A DNA stretch of 64,000 nt from Octopus vulgaris (taxonomy: Eukaryota). The stretch is taken from NCBI GenBank assembly GCA_951406725.2, contig OX597818.1:138508001-138572000 (forward strand). Reading direction: 5' to 3'. Below, in pieces: positions 27,191 to 43,234 of the stretch; the first letter of the stretch is position 1, and the number at the start of each line of letters is the position of its first letter. The notes under the pieces are model-generated. The model worked only from the letters and a program-made list of their open reading frames with translations, did no database searches and was not told the origin of the DNA. The position numbers and the translations under genes were made by a program.

Positions 27191-28155
27191 ATATAAATGT
27201 ACTAGTTGCCATTACAATAGGTCAAAGGTCCTTCCCATCTAAACCATGCCAGCATGGAGAACGGATGTTATATGAAGATGATGATAAATTCTTTTCTACT
27301 CTAGGCACAAGGCCTGAAATTTTGGGGGAGGGGGCCAGTCAATTAGATGGACTCCAGTACATAACTGAAGTGAAGTGTTTTATATAAAAACACAATACAA
27401 AGTCGACTTCAGCGGAATTTGAACTCAGAATGTAAAGACAGACAAAATACCACTAACGTTTCTGCCAGCTTGCCACCTGAAGATGATAATAAGTTAACAG
27501 GAAATTTTGTTGGTATGTTTTACTGTAGGTGCCATGAAAATGACATCCATGAATCATAGTCGTGGTTGTTGCCTGGGCCATGTAAATGGCTTCAGTGCTA
27601 GTGTACATAAAAGCACCCATTACATTCCTGAAGTTACCTGGGAACCACATGGTTCTGGCGGTATTCCCACTGCGTAAATGGCACCTTGGGTCAAGTGTCT
27701 TGACAGTATCATCTATAACCTGTGCATCGTAGTTGTGGTCATTAAGCCTTGTGAGTGGCATCAGTGCTGATAGACAGAAACTGAAAGAAGCACCGTCGTA
27801 TATATCCTGGAGCCAGGTCTTCATGATGGAGATGACTAGGTCATTTCTAGTGCTGCCGTATCAAATGAAAGAACACACATATGAGTTCTTCCTCTTTTGA
27901 CTAAACCATAGTAAAAGAAAAGAAGAGAAAGAAATAAAAAAGTTGTGGTCATTAAGAGATTGTGTGACTGGCACCCATGCCAGATGCTTCATAGAAAAAT
28001 CTTTGAGGGATACTCCAGGAGTGCTATCAGCTGTTAGGAAGGGACATGCAGAATGACTGGAAGCAAATGGTGCATTAGCTCATCAACTTGCTCAAAGACA
28101 GAACAAGTGCTATAGAGGGAGGGTAGTACTGAAACAATCATTGAACTAAACAGGA

Positions 28156-28330
28156 CAAGGCCTGAAATTTTGGGGGAGGGGGCCAGTCAATTAGATGGAC
28201 TCCAGTACATAACTGGTACTTGATTTATCACACCCAAAAGGATGAAAGGCAAAGTCGCACTTCAGCGGAATTTGAACTCAGAATGTAAAGACAGACAAAA
28301 CACCACTAACGTTTCTGCCAGCTTGCCACC
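28156..28330 (-). mobile_element. SINE family D, diverged; partial duplicate at 27290-27478
   Basis: Reverse complement of GTTCTGAGTTCAAATTCCGC..GCCTTTCATCCTTT..AAGTACCAG; homolog of 52078-52312. Confidence 0.75.
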
Positions 28331-28369
28331 TGAAGATGATGATAAGTTAACAGGAAATATTTGTTGCAC

Positions 28370-29107
<738 letters not shown>

Positions 29108-29713
29108 CACTTTCAAACAAGAAGTCTCTATCATTAATTTCTTAGCAGCTTCTATCAACTGCGCTGCGACTGCGCAAAGTAAATTTCCCATTTCTGAACT
29201 TCTTTTCCCACTCTCAATGTAAAAGTTGCAGTTGAAGGATCCAGGGCAGTGGATAGGCAGGAATAGATAAAAGAGCAGGGGAGGGGAGAGTGGTTTTGAT
29301 GGTTTCTGTCTCCGTGCCTCCTGCCAGTAAATGCATTTCTAGGGAGAGATTCTAAACAGATATGACACAGGTCATATAGGTTATACACACATCCTATCCA
29401 CACAGCTCCCAACTGAAGTCAACAAACTAGGTGTTTACTGATGTGCTATAGAGGGAGGGTAGTACTGAAACAATCATTGAACTAAACAACAGCAACAACA
29501 ACAACAAAAACAACAACAACAAGATCATGACAACAACAGCAGCAACACCAATCCATGGTATGTTTGTGTGCAGAGGCCTGTGGCCACGATTCTACATAGT
29601 GAATATATGCATTTATCACTAAAAAATATAAAAAAAGCTAACATATATGTGTGTTTGTGTGTCTGTGTGTGTATATATATATATATAATTATATATATAC
29701 ATACATACATACA

Positions 29714-29744
<31 letters not shown>

Positions 29745-29807
29745 CATCATCATCATCGTTTAACATCCACCTGCCATGCTGGCATGGGTGGGTATGCACA
29801 CACACAT

Positions 29808-29892
<85 letters not shown>

Positions 29893-30027
29893 CTCATACA
29901 TACTTATATATATATATATATGCATACAACATATCTATATACATTAGACATGCATTTATGTATATATATCTTTAATATACATGCATGAATATAATTTATA
30001 TAGACATCTATATACATACATACATGC

Positions 30028-30078
<51 letters not shown>

Positions 30079-30376
30079 TTTATACATACGTGTGTGTATG
30101 TAATTATATCTATTAAACTAATCTAATATACTCAGCATTCCAAATGTGTTGACTCTTTTCATGATTTGTGGATTCCATGCTCAAACAATTAGATATATCA
30201 GATTATAAGACATTCATAAATAGATACGTGCGTGTATGTGTGTATGAGTTTGTGAACTTATATGAGAAATGATGTAGGAAAATTTACATGTACTTATATG
30301 CATATCCATATCATAACTATCACCAGCTTCCCATTTGTGTATATGCTTTTGTCTGAGTACACCCACGCACCGACAT

Positions 30377-30410
<34 letters not shown>

Positions 30411-30521
30411 CTATATATGTATGTTTATATATATATATATATAATTTATTTTTAACACTGATGTCAACAATATATATATGTGTGTGTGAGTGTATATAAT
30501 GTATATATACATGTTTATACA

Positions 30522-30552
<31 letters not shown>

Positions 30553-30564
30553 AATTATATCTAT

Positions 30565-30973
30565 TACCAACTAACATGGTTCCGGGTTCAGTCCCACTGC
30601 GTGGCATCTTGGGCAAGATTTGTCTTCTGCTATAGCCCCGGGCTGACCAATGCCTTGTGAGTGTATTTGGTAGATGGAAACTGAATAGAAGCCTGTCGTA
30701 TATATGTATATATATATATATATATGCATATGTGTATGTGTGTGTGTTTGGGTGTCTGTGTTTGTAAAAGCCGCTAGCATTGTAAGACCTCAACCGATGC
30801 TGGTGTGTTTACGTCCCCGTCACTTAGCGGTTCGAGAAAATTTGATGACCCATAGAATAAGTACTGTATGATTAAGTTGTTTGCCTAACAACTATGCAGT
30901 CTTGGTTTCAATCCCATTTGGCTGCACTTCAGGCTTCGTTCAATGACTGAAACAAGTAAAAGAGTAAAAGAGT
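30565..30973 (+). mobile_element. SINE family A, indel-rich copy
   Basis: Head and tail match family A with many small indels. Confidence 0.8.
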
Positions 30974-31257
30974 ATACATATTTCTTCACTCATTCATTCA
31001 TTTGAATTACATTTTTCCATGCTGGCATGGATTAGAGGAATACTTATTATTGAAACAAATCTTTACCACTGAATGACCTTCCAGTTACTTATTAACTCTT
31101 ACCTGTTTCTTCAACTATGTTCAATTTCATTTCACATTTCTTTGAAAGTGCAGATTATTCCTTGGCAGCAAATGTTATAAACATCACTGTTTATTGCTCA
31201 GTACAGAATTTAAACCATCTCACACACACACACTTACATGATAGGCTATGTACACAT

Positions 31258-31610
31258 GTGGAGGCGCAATGGCCAGCGGACTCCGGTCATAGGATCGTGG
31301 TTTATTCCCAGACCGGGCGTTGTGAGTTTGAGCGTTCAAAGCTCCACGAGGCTCCGGCAGGGGATGGTGGTGATCCCTGCTGTACTCTTTCACCACAACT
31401 TTCTCTACTCTTACTTCCTGTTTCTGTTGTACCTGTATTTCAAAATCTTGTCACTCTCTGTGTCACGCTGAATATCCCCGAGAACTACGTTCAAGGGTAC
31501 ACGTGTCTGTGAAAAGTGCTCAGCCACTTACACGTTAATTTCACGAGCAGGCTGTTCCGTTGATTCGGATCAACCAGAACCATCTCGTCGTCACACACGG
31601 AGTGCTTCCA
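31258..31610 (+). mobile_element. SINE family B, tail type 1, indel-rich; possible TSD ATGTACACAT
   Basis: Homologous to 6002-6390. Confidence 0.82.
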
Positions 31611-32140
31611 TTACCCCCATGTACACATATGTGTGTTTACGATATATTTTATCGTCATCATCATCCTCATCATTTTACTTCTACTTTTCGAAGCTTGCAT
31701 GAGTCAAATGGTGTTTATTTAGGCAGATTTTCTACAGTTGGATGCCTGTTCTGTTGCCAACCCTTGACTCTTTCCAAGCAAGGTAATATTTCTCTATGGC
31801 CAGGTGTGCAATCTATTGAATCTACAGCTTCTTGAATTAATATATGAAATTAATAGAGAATTCATCAAAATGTATATAGGTGTGGGTACAGGTGTGTGGT
31901 TAAGAATTTTGATTTGCAACCATGTGGTTTCAGGTTCAGTTTCATGGTGAGTGCCATTTATGTGACACTGGGAATGGTCATGACTGGTTTCACTTGGTTT
32001 GGTGAGTCTTCACAAGCACAGCATATCACCAGAGGTCTCAGTCACTTGTCATTATCTCCATGAGGCCCAACATTTGAAGATCATGTGACTGGCAATGGCC
32101 ACATGTATTGATAAAGGAATGTAGTCAGAATTTGAATATA

Positions 32141-32553
32141 TAGGCGCAAGTGTGGCTCTGTGGTAAGTAGCTTGTTTACCAGACACATGGTTCCGGGTTC
32201 AGTCCCACTGTGTGGCACCTTGGGCAAGTGTCTTCTACTATAGCCTCGGGCCGACCAAAACCTTGTGAGTGGATTTGGTGGGCGGAAACTGAAAGAAGCC
32301 CGTCGCATATATGTATATATGTATGTGTATGTGTGTGTGTTTGTGTGTCTGTGTTTGTCCCCCTAGCATTGCTTGACAACCGATGCTGGTGTGTTTATGT
32401 CCCTGTCACTTAGCGGTTCGGCAAAAAGAGACCGATAGAATGAGTACTGGGCTTACAAAGAATAAGTACCGGAGTCGAGTTGCTCGATTAAAGGCTGTGC
32501 TCCAGCATGGCTGCAGTCAAATGACTGAAACAAGTAAAAGAGTAAAAGAGAGT
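32141..32553 (+). mobile_element. SINE family A
   Basis: Full head, internal microsatellite and tail. Confidence 0.9.
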
Positions 32554-33208
32554 ATACACACATATATGTATGTGTGTGTGAGAGAGGGGGATGCCTTTGT
32601 GTCTTTGTCACACACACCCTTTGCTTGATGACTGGTGTTGGTTTGCTTACATCCCTGTAACCTAGCAGCTTAGTAAAATAGACCCACAGAATAAGTATCC
32701 GACTCAAAAATCCATAAATCCTGGGGTTGATTTGTTCAACTGAAATGCTTCAAGATGGTGCCCAAGCATGGCCACAGTAGAATGATTGAAGCAAGTAGAA
32801 AAGGTGACGTATAAAAGTGACTGAAATAAATGCAATATGTTTTTGTATAGGTGTATATGATTGGGAATCTCGGATGTTTTTTTCGGCTGATGTGTACGAG
32901 CCACCTATATTTACTGCAATTTTTGTAGCTTTATTAAAGATGTCCTCGTACGAAACAATTGTACCGATATATTGATCCATTCTTGTTGCTTTTTTCCTAT
33001 TTGTAATAACCCCACTTTGTCGTATGGTTAACACCATATAGATTTCTGGTGCATCCAAGTTAAGGACCATATTCATGTGAATTCATTAGAACTCACTTGA
33101 ATCTCAATTGCTTAAACCGTATATATATATATATATATTGATTGAAATGGTAAGTCAACAATAGAATGAAAGAGACCTTGATATTACGTAAATAGAGGAA
33201 TTTATCTC

Positions 33209-33455
33209 TAAATGTAATATGTGACAATTATTTGGTAGCCATGATAGAACTCCGAGTTTTGGATGTTGGGGTGGAAATCACCACGGCCATCTCTTCAGTT
33301 ATCTGGCCATCGGAAGAATGGTATGAAAATGACCTGGCATAGCATTTTTCTGATGACCGGATAACTGAAGAGATGGCAGCATCGATGCCCACCCCCGACT
33401 TTCAAAACTTGGAGTTTTATCATGGGTACCAAATAATTGTCACATATTACATTTA
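33209..33455. mobile_element. Inverted pair of Penelope-type pLTR segments (~110-bp arms), each with a hammerhead-like motif
   Basis: Arms 33209-33320 and 33343-33455 are imperfect reverse complements; each reads GATAA-CTGAAGA-GATGG...AAAACT(C/T)GGAGTT-(C/T)TATC. Confidence 0.65.
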
Positions 33456-33457
33456 CC

Positions 33458-33493
<36 letters not shown>

Positions 33494-34109
33494 CATACAT
33501 ATACACATACATATATATATATATATGGCCTGTATTGGTATGTGTATGTATGTTCCATTTCTGTGCATTCATTCTCTCTCTCTCTTTCTCTCTCTCTCTC
33601 CCTCACACACACACACACACACACACACATACTCACGTATGCATTCACAGCAAACTTTCCTCACCAATATTTCCTTACAGTCTGCTTCCAAACTCATTCT
33701 TCTATCTGGATTTCTCTCAAACATCAACCATCTACATTACACATTTTCTTTTCTGCCTCTTGCCTGCTTCTCTCCTCCTCCTTCTACTTATCATCATCAT
33801 CATCATTATCATCATCATCATCATCATCATCATCTTCATCATCATCCTCTCCTCCTCCCTCCTCCTCCTCCCCCTCCCTTGTCTGCGTCCTCCTCCTACC
33901 CTCTTCATTTGTAACACATGTACACAAATAAAGAAATATGGACTTGTACGTACTCCAAGACACCGTAGCATGCACACAATATACACAAACATATATATAT
34001 ATATATATATTTAAATACACATAAATATACTAATAAATATAAATACATATATATATATACATAGATATATATATTTATATATACACACACATACAAATAT
34101 ATATATGTG

Positions 34110-34159
<50 letters not shown>

Positions 34160-34271
34160 CACATATATATATATTTGTATGTGAGTGTATAGATACATGT
34201 ATACATATATATATATATATATACATACATAAATATACATACATATATATAAAAACACACATGAAAATACG

Positions 34272-34305
<34 letters not shown>

Positions 34306-34985
34306 TAAATGTGCATATATGTACCCAAACATCCACATACATATATACACATAAGCATATACATACATGCATATATATAAATATATACATAAATATAAAT
34401 ATATATACATATAAACATAGATACATACATACATACATACATACACCCACACACACACACACACACACACACATGTATATATGCACATAAGCATCCACAT
34501 ATACAAGCTCATCAAGAATGCATATACACACACTTTTACAGTACTTCTGACGCACACAAAATACCCACTTATATAATCTCCCATGGACACATTAAAACGC
34601 ATACATATCTTCATGATACCACACGCAAACAGATAAATGTTCACCATGACCTCCACCACCATCACCACCGCTCCACAACTAACAACCACAACAACAACAA
34701 CACACACACACAGCCATCATGGTAAGCGTCCAACCGTAACAGCTCTGTATGTCGTCCCTGTGCTGTTTAACATCACTTTTGCAAAGGTTGGTCAATTGTG
34801 CAATCAATTCTAATGCCTACTGGAATGGCTATTGTCTTCCTCCCATTCATCATAATGTTCACAGCGTGGAGAACTTTTGGAATTTGAACATGGCAACTTG
34901 AAGTGTCATAACACACAAACACACACACACACACACACACAGATAGATATGTTTACATATGTATGTATATATGTATATATATACA

Positions 34986-35026
<41 letters not shown>

Positions 35027-35159
35027 TTATACATATATACATATCTGTATACATATATATTCATATATATATAGATATACATATATATATATATATATAG
35101 ATAGATAGATAGATAGATAGAAAGAGAGAGAGAGAGAGAGAGAGAGATACCTATATCTA

Positions 35160-35202
<43 letters not shown>

Positions 35203-35379
35203 ATATATATATATATAAATACACGTTATGTATCTCTCTATCTATCTATCTAGCTATCTAGCTATCTGTCTATATGTGTGGGTATATGTATATATATATA
35301 TATATATATATCATATTGATATTGGTATATGTATGTATAAATATATATATATCGAATAGATATTGGTATACGTATGCAT

Positions 35380-35433
<54 letters not shown>

Positions 35434-35758
35434 TAATATCTATGGGATATATATATATATATATAAATGCATACATACGTATACAGATATTGATATGAAC
35501 ATTCACACAATGGTATTATATAAAGACATATGAACACACATACATACTCATACTTATGAATAATGTAGGCGTTTGACCTTATAAATACATTTAACTATCT
35601 ATCTATCCAACAATATATCTATCTATCTAGCTATCTATCAATTTAATCTATTCATTCTATCTAGTTAGATATTTATCTGTCTGTCTGGCTAAACTCTTTG
35701 TGTATGTATTTAGGAATTCCTATTTTCCTTACACACTCTCCTTCTCCATACTTATCTC

Positions 35759-35789
<31 letters not shown>

Positions 35790-36075
35790 ATCACTGTGTG
35801 TGTGCGTGTGTGTGCGCATGTGTGTGCGCATATGCGTGGGTGTGAGTGTGTGTGTGAATACATGTGTGTGTATGTGTGTGTATATGTCTCACTGTGTGTG
35901 TGCGTGTGTGCTTGCATGTGTACACGCATATGCGTGGGTGTGAGTGTGTGTGTGCATACATGTGTGTGTATGTGTGTGTATATGTCTCACTGTGTGTGTG
36001 TGCGTGTGTGCTTGCATGTGTGTGCGCATATGCGTGGGTGTGAGTGTGTGTGTGTGCATACATGCGTGTATGTGT
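35790..36075. repeat. Three ~100-bp higher-order (TG)-based repeats
   Basis: TCACTGTGTGTGTGCGTG...GCATATGCGTGGGTGTGAGTG... occurs three times. Confidence 0.8.
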
Positions 36076-36358
36076 GTTTGTGTGTGTTTTCGGCCTTTTA
36101 CATATATACAAAATATATATTGATCTCTATTGATTTATCTGTTGGTTCATCTGTCTGATGCTTATATCTGTAATTATTGATCTATAACCCTATCAATTTA
36201 TTGATCTCTTGCCCTCTACCCTCTTTACCCTATACACACACACACACAAGCATATACACGCACACAAGCACCTACACACACATTTACCAGCATAACATAC
36301 TATAGTTTTGAATGTATACATATATATATATATATGCTTCTGTCTATGTGCATGTACT

Positions 36359-36402
<44 letters not shown>

Positions 36403-36601
36403 TGTGTATGTGTGTGTATGTGTGTATGTGTATGTGTGTATGTGTATGTGTGTGTGTGTGTGTGTGAGTGTTTGTGTATGAATGTTCATATCTTATCTAT
36501 GGCTGTAATTATGTGAGTAATTACATGAATATATGTCTTCTTAAATCTGACTCACTCACTCTCATTCTCATATATACAAAAGTACATATGCATATATATA
36601 C

Positions 36602-36695
<94 letters not shown>

Positions 36696-36789
36696 TCATG
36701 TATGTACATTCCTTCAGGAGCTCAGGAGACCCCCCTAATAATCTAGTAGTAGTAGAAGACAGCTTTTGTCATCTGGGGGATTTTATAAT

Positions 36790-37030
36790 AAGTAGCAGAG
36801 ATGGATGTTCCAAAGGCATAATTGTGAGAGTAAGAACAAAGTAGGAAAAGAATCTAGGGAGCTATAACTTCTGTTGGTAATAAAGGGTTTGTCTCTGAGC
36901 ATGAAAGAGAGATTGTGCAATACTTGTGTACAGAGTGTATTGCTGCATGGTAACAAGATGTTGGTTTTGAAGATAAATGATTTGCAAATGCAGGAATGAA
37001 ATAAGGTGAGCAAAGTCTACTAAATCTATG
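36790..37030 (+). mobile_element. Old RTE ORF fragment
   Basis: Translation ..VIKGLSLSMKERLCNTCVQSVLLHGNKMLVL.. aligns with TKSLSLRVKGRLYDACVQTAMLQGSET at 14270. Confidence 0.65.
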
Positions 37031-37049
37031 ATGATAATTCATATGAATG

Positions 37050-37310
37050 AAAAATAAATAAATGTGCCCTTTTAAAGCCTAGCCAGGTTCATGGGCCCGG
37101 TTTCCCAGTTCCAATGGCGTATGTGTTCCCCAGCTGGACGGGACGCCAGTCCATCGCAGCGTTACTAATTTTTGCCAGCTGAGTGGACTGGAGCAACGTG
37201 AAATGAAGTGTTTTGCTCAAGAACACAACGCATCGCCCGGTCCAGGTATCGAAACCACAATCTTACGATCATGATGCTGACACCCTAACCACTAAGCCAT
37301 GCGCCTCCAC
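37050..37310 (-). mobile_element. tRNA-derived SINE (family E), full length
   Basis: Minus strand GTGGAGGCGCATGGCTTAGTGGTTAGGGTG..GGTTTCGATACCTGGACCGGGCG, central GTGTTCTTGAGCAAAACACTTCATTTCACGTTGCTCCAGTCCACTCAGCTGG, (TTTA)n tail. Confidence 0.82.
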
Positions 37311-37671
37311 AATGTATATGAATGAGGTAGCCATAAATGAGCAGAAAGAAAACCTGGTTATAAGAGAAATCAGATGAGCACTATATACTGGTAGAAGCAT
37401 ACCATCCTTATGGCCAAATACTCTACAGAAGATACATCATCATCATCAGCAGCATCATCATACATCCATTTTTCATGCTGGCATGGATTCAATGGTTTGA
37501 CTGGAGCTAGTAAGGCCAGGGGCCGCACTATGCTTCATTGTCTGTTCTGGCTGAGTTCTTATGGTTGGATGCCCTTCCTAACACTAGCCACTCCTTAGAG
37601 TGCACTGGGTGCTTTTAACCTGGCATCATCATGAGTGCTTTTCACATAGGTATATGTATTTCTTTCTCTTC

Positions 37672-38057
37672 TTTTCTTTTACTTGTTTCAGTCATTTGAC
37701 TGTGGCCATGCTGGAGCACCGCCTTTAATCAAGCAAATTGACCCCCAAGGCTTATTCTTTGTAAGCCTAGTACTTATTCTAAAGGTCTCTTTTGTTGAAC
37801 CGCTAAGTTATGGGAGACATAAACACACCAGCATCGGTTGTCAAGCAATATTGGGAGGACAAACACAGACACACAAATATATACATGCACATACGATGGG
37901 CTTCTTTCAGTTTCCATCTACCAGATCCACTCACAAGGCTTTGGTCAACCTGAGGCTATAGTAGAAGACACTTGCCCAAGGTTCCACACAGTGGGACTAA
38001 ATTCAGATCCATGTGGTTCGTAAGCAAGCTACTTACCACACAGACACTCCTGCACCA
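37672..38057 (-). mobile_element. SINE family A
   Basis: Reverse complement of the 19194 family. Confidence 0.88.
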
Positions 38058-38973
38058 ATGTATGTATGTATGTATATGTATGTATGTATGAATGCAAGCA
38101 TGTATGTATGCATGTACGTATCTTCATATCTTTGTTTCTATGTCTGTCTGTGTACATGTTGGTTTGTTTATATTTCTATAACTTGGAACTTCAGCAAAAG
38201 ATTTCAACAGAATAAATATTAGGCATCAAAAAAAAACCCAAAAAATTTAGGGGTCAATTTGTTCAACCCTTCAAGGCAGTGCCCCAGCATGGCCACAGTC
38301 CAATGAGGGAAATAAGTAAAATAGAAAAAAACAAAGAGATTCACATAGTGTATAGTATTGCATATGCTCACACACATACATATTAACCCAGAATGTTGCA
38401 TACACACCTCCACTCACACACATATACACACAGCAATGAATCTGCCACTAGTTGTGATCAGTATTGTTCATTGAACTATAGTGTAAGTGGCTGAATATTC
38501 CACAGCCCATGTTTCTATAATGTATTGCTTGGTCAGAACCAGTGTATCACAAAGTTGGCAAAAATGACCTTTAAATTGCACAGGAAGTTCAATCAAAAGG
38601 GTTCCATGTAGTTTCTATCTCCCTGATTTTACTCACAAGATTTGGGCCAATCAAAGGCTACGGTAAAAGATATTGGCCCTAGATAGCCACAATACGATTG
38701 AACCAGTCGCAAAATGAACTTCTTAACCACCCAGCCACGCCTACCCATTTTATGCATGCATGCATACACACACACAATTTATAAGCTATGATTTCATATC
38801 TGACAATTTGCAAGCTTCAAGACACAAACATTTCACACACAAATACACACACATTTATACATAAGGACATATATACATACACACCTACATACATACATAC
38901 ATATATATATATATATACATATATGTGTGTGTATACATATGTGTATATGTATATACATATATGTAGACACACA

Positions 38974-39017
<44 letters not shown>

Positions 39018-39499
39018 CACTCATAGTTATTACACACCCATGTATGTTATATAAGTGTGTATATGAATTATATAACACATATAACATACACATAAACATG
39101 TATACATACACTCACACACATATACACACACACACACAAACATATATACACACTTGCACTCAAACATGCAAATATACACACACAAACATATGCATGTATA
39201 TATGCATACATACATTCAAACCCATGCATACATATGTTTTCATATGTGTGTGAGTGTGCGTGTGTGTGTGCATATGTGTGTGTGGGGGGGAGTGGGGTTG
39301 TCAGTAATCTAACTGTGATATCAATTTAAGAGTGTGCCCTCAGGTAAGTTTATTCTATGTATCTAACAGTTCAAAAGTCAAATGTAATTGGCAATTTGCA
39401 ATTTCTTTCCAAAGCAGAAATTAATAACTCTGATCTGTTCCAAAATTCTAAGAAAAATAAAGAATTTTAATAAGATTCATTCTATTATATTATTTGATT

Positions 39500-40200
<701 letters not shown>

Positions 40201-40681
40201 GTGGGTTGGGCTGGGAACAAGTGAGTGATTTTGCCAGAGGTAAATATTCTTTTAGATCAAATTAATGGTTAATAATTGAGCTCAGAGCATGTCTTTTACA
40301 GACTGATTTTATATATGGTGGGGGTTATTATACTCCTTTATTTATTTTTTTTTTCCACCTGTGGCAACTGGGAGAATTTTGTTGGTCATTTGAAAGTCAA
40401 TTTAATTAATGATAATATAAATTTATAAGATTGGCACAAAACCAAAGGTATTGGACATACAGGTCGATTGATTATTATACATCACTACGTGGTAGATGCT
40501 TACTTTATTGATCCCTAAAACAGATGAGTGGTATTTGAATAAGTGAAATTTACACCTTGAATGTTATTGCTCTTGTTATTGTTGTTGTTGTTATTGTTGT
40601 TTTTGTTGTTGTTGTTCTTTAACCTTTGGTTTGTCTTGATCGTGCTGTCTATGATCACAGTCATTCCAAATACGACTGTTT

Positions 40682-40752
<71 letters not shown>

Positions 40753-40755
<3 letters not shown>

Positions 40756-40960
40756 AGCAAAACGCCCTCTGTCCAATGGCCGGTGCTGAGTTGTCAAACA
40801 TTCAAACCAAATTTCCTCAAAACGACTTGTCCGACTGTCCCATAGGCCTCTCCTTTGAGAAATACTGATTTAACCTCAATTTGAGACACCGTTCATTTTT
40901 CTCGTGTACGCGTAGTATCAATCACAACAGCTGATGTACTTGTGCACACAAATGCACCAG
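40753..40960 (-). mobile_element. Partial copy of the 4572-4944 Helitron-like family
   Basis: Shares GTCCAATGG..GGTGCTGAGTTGTCAAACATT..ACTTGTCCGACTGTCCCATAGGCCTC..TTTGAGACAC. Confidence 0.75.
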
Positions 40961-41446
40961 TTTGCATTAAACAAACAACAGCTATTATCATCTTAACTGT
41001 AATCAAATAACTTAAATGAAATTTCAGATGTCATTAACTGTAGTTAAGTCAACAAGGAAGATTCTTCATGGTTGTTTGACCTGCAAGAATCAACAGTCAA
41101 ATCTCTCAAATCTCATCCTACTGTCTTAGGAAAAGAATATAGGACACATTGGATAGTGTTGTCCAAGATATAATGGATGATTGCAGCTGAAATTCCAGCT
41201 AGATCAGGACTGACCTGGGGCTAAAAAATAACAATATTTGTGTTTACAAAATAATGGTATTATGTAAGTTTGCATTCTGTGAGGAGACTAGAAGTGTACC
41301 AAGCCATATTCACCGGTGAAGAACAGACAAAAATGTGTGTGGAGACTTAATTGAGTCATAATTCATATTTCTTTTATAATGAAGGAAATAGTCTTGAATA
41401 ATAGATTTTTCCTCCTTGCAGCAGTAGCAGGAGCACCAGCAGCATC

Positions 41447-41515
<69 letters not shown>

Positions 41516-41573
41516 GGTGGTGGTAGTGGTGGAAGTGGTGGTGGTGGTGATGGTGGTGGTGGTTGTGGTAGTG

Positions 41574-41615
<42 letters not shown>

Positions 41616-42193
41616 TGGTGACGGTGGTGGTTTTTGATAGTTGTGATGGTGAAGGTTGCTGTGTTCATGATGGTAGTAGTGGCGGCAGTGGATGTAATAA
41701 TAGTGGTGGTTGTGATGGTTGTAGTGGTGGTCGTTGTGTAGGCATTGATAGCTGTGAAGGTAAAGGTTACAATGGTCATAATAGTAAGGTGACCAGCTGG
41801 CGGAAGCGTTAGCACACTGGATGAAAAGCTTTGCAGTATTTCATCTGTATTTACATTCTGAGTTCAAATTCCGCCGAAGTCAACTTTGCTTTTCATCCTT
41901 TCGGTGTCGATAAATTAAGTACCAGTTGCGTACTGGGATCGATCTAATCTACTGCCGCCCTCTCCCCCAAAATTTCTGGCCTTGTGCCTTGGGTAGAAAA
42001 GAAAAGAATTGTCATAACAGTGTTGGTGGTGGTGGTGGTGGTGGTGGTGGTGGTGGTGGTGGTGGTGGTGGTGGTGGTGGTGGTGGTGGTGGTGGTGGTG
42101 GTGGTGGTGGTGGTGGTGAGGGTGGTGGTGGTGGTGGTGGTGGTGGTGGTGGTGGTGGTGGTGGTGGTGGTGGTGGTGGTGATGATGGTGGTG
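41447..42193. repeat. (GTA)n/(GGT)n tracts with an embedded SINE family D copy (about 41785-42003, + strand)
   Basis: Repeats visible directly; GAGTTCAAATTCCGCCGAAGTCAACTTTGCTTTTCATCCTTTCGG at 41860. Confidence 0.85.
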
Positions 42194-42312
42194 GGTGCTG
42201 ATTATTCTGATGCTGGTTGCTATGATAGTTGTTATTATAGCGATAACCATAAAGAAGATGGCAGAGATGTTGAAGAATTTGCTTAAAGGTGAAGGAAATA
42301 AAGAAATAAAAC

Positions 42313-42350
<38 letters not shown>

Positions 42351-42815
42351 TGCATATGTACAAAGACACACATGCACACATATATGCATGAATACATAAA
42401 AGCAAGCCATGCTATCATCAATAACCATTTCTACCATGTTTAACCGTTTCTAAGCCATCCAGATTCTGGTGTTATTCCATGTTGTAGAAAATGGATGCCC
42501 TACAGGCAGGAAGTGAATGAATGGTCAGTGGAATAGCTCCAGGCAAGATCGGTAAAAGGAAGCCTAGATTGTTTAGGAAAAAGAAAGAAAAAAAAACTGA
42601 GAAAAAGAAAGAGAAAAAAAAAACAGTTTGTAGATTCTTCTGGATTTCTTTGGAAACTTTTACACCCAACTGAGGAACAGAAATCACAGAATTGTGAGAG
42701 AAGCAATTATTACCTGAAAACCATGTAAAAAAATCCATCAGAAACATGAATGTAAAAAATATATACATGTAATATATAAAGCCCTATCTATGTGCATATA
42801 TACATGCATATACAA

Positions 42816-42922
<107 letters not shown>

Positions 42923-42933
42923 CACACACACAC

Positions 42934-42981
<48 letters not shown>

Positions 42982-43021
42982 GGATATAGTATAAAAGCAA
43001 TATATAGCCTGTATATGTGCA

Positions 43022-43175
43022 TGCGTGGCTGAGTGGTAAGAAGCTTGCTTCCCAACCACATGTTTCTGGGTTCAGTCTCACTGCATGTCACCTTTGGCAA
43101 GGTACCATGCAGTGGGATTGAACCCAGAACCATGTGATTGGGAAGCAACCTTCTTACTACACAGCTGCACCTGCA
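43022..43175. mobile_element. Fold-back of two SINE family A heads joined in convergent orientation
   Basis: Plus-strand head 43022-43097 is followed directly by a reverse-complement head. Confidence 0.8.
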
Positions 43176-43234
43176 TCTATATGTGTGTTTGTGTGTCTAC
43201 GTGTACATATATATATATATATATGTTTTTGGGG

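Noticed and set aside
32750-33076. 108-aa complex ORF on the minus strand
   Set aside because: No recognisable motif, no clear splice sites, and the 3' part runs into a SINE tail; left unassigned pending BLAST
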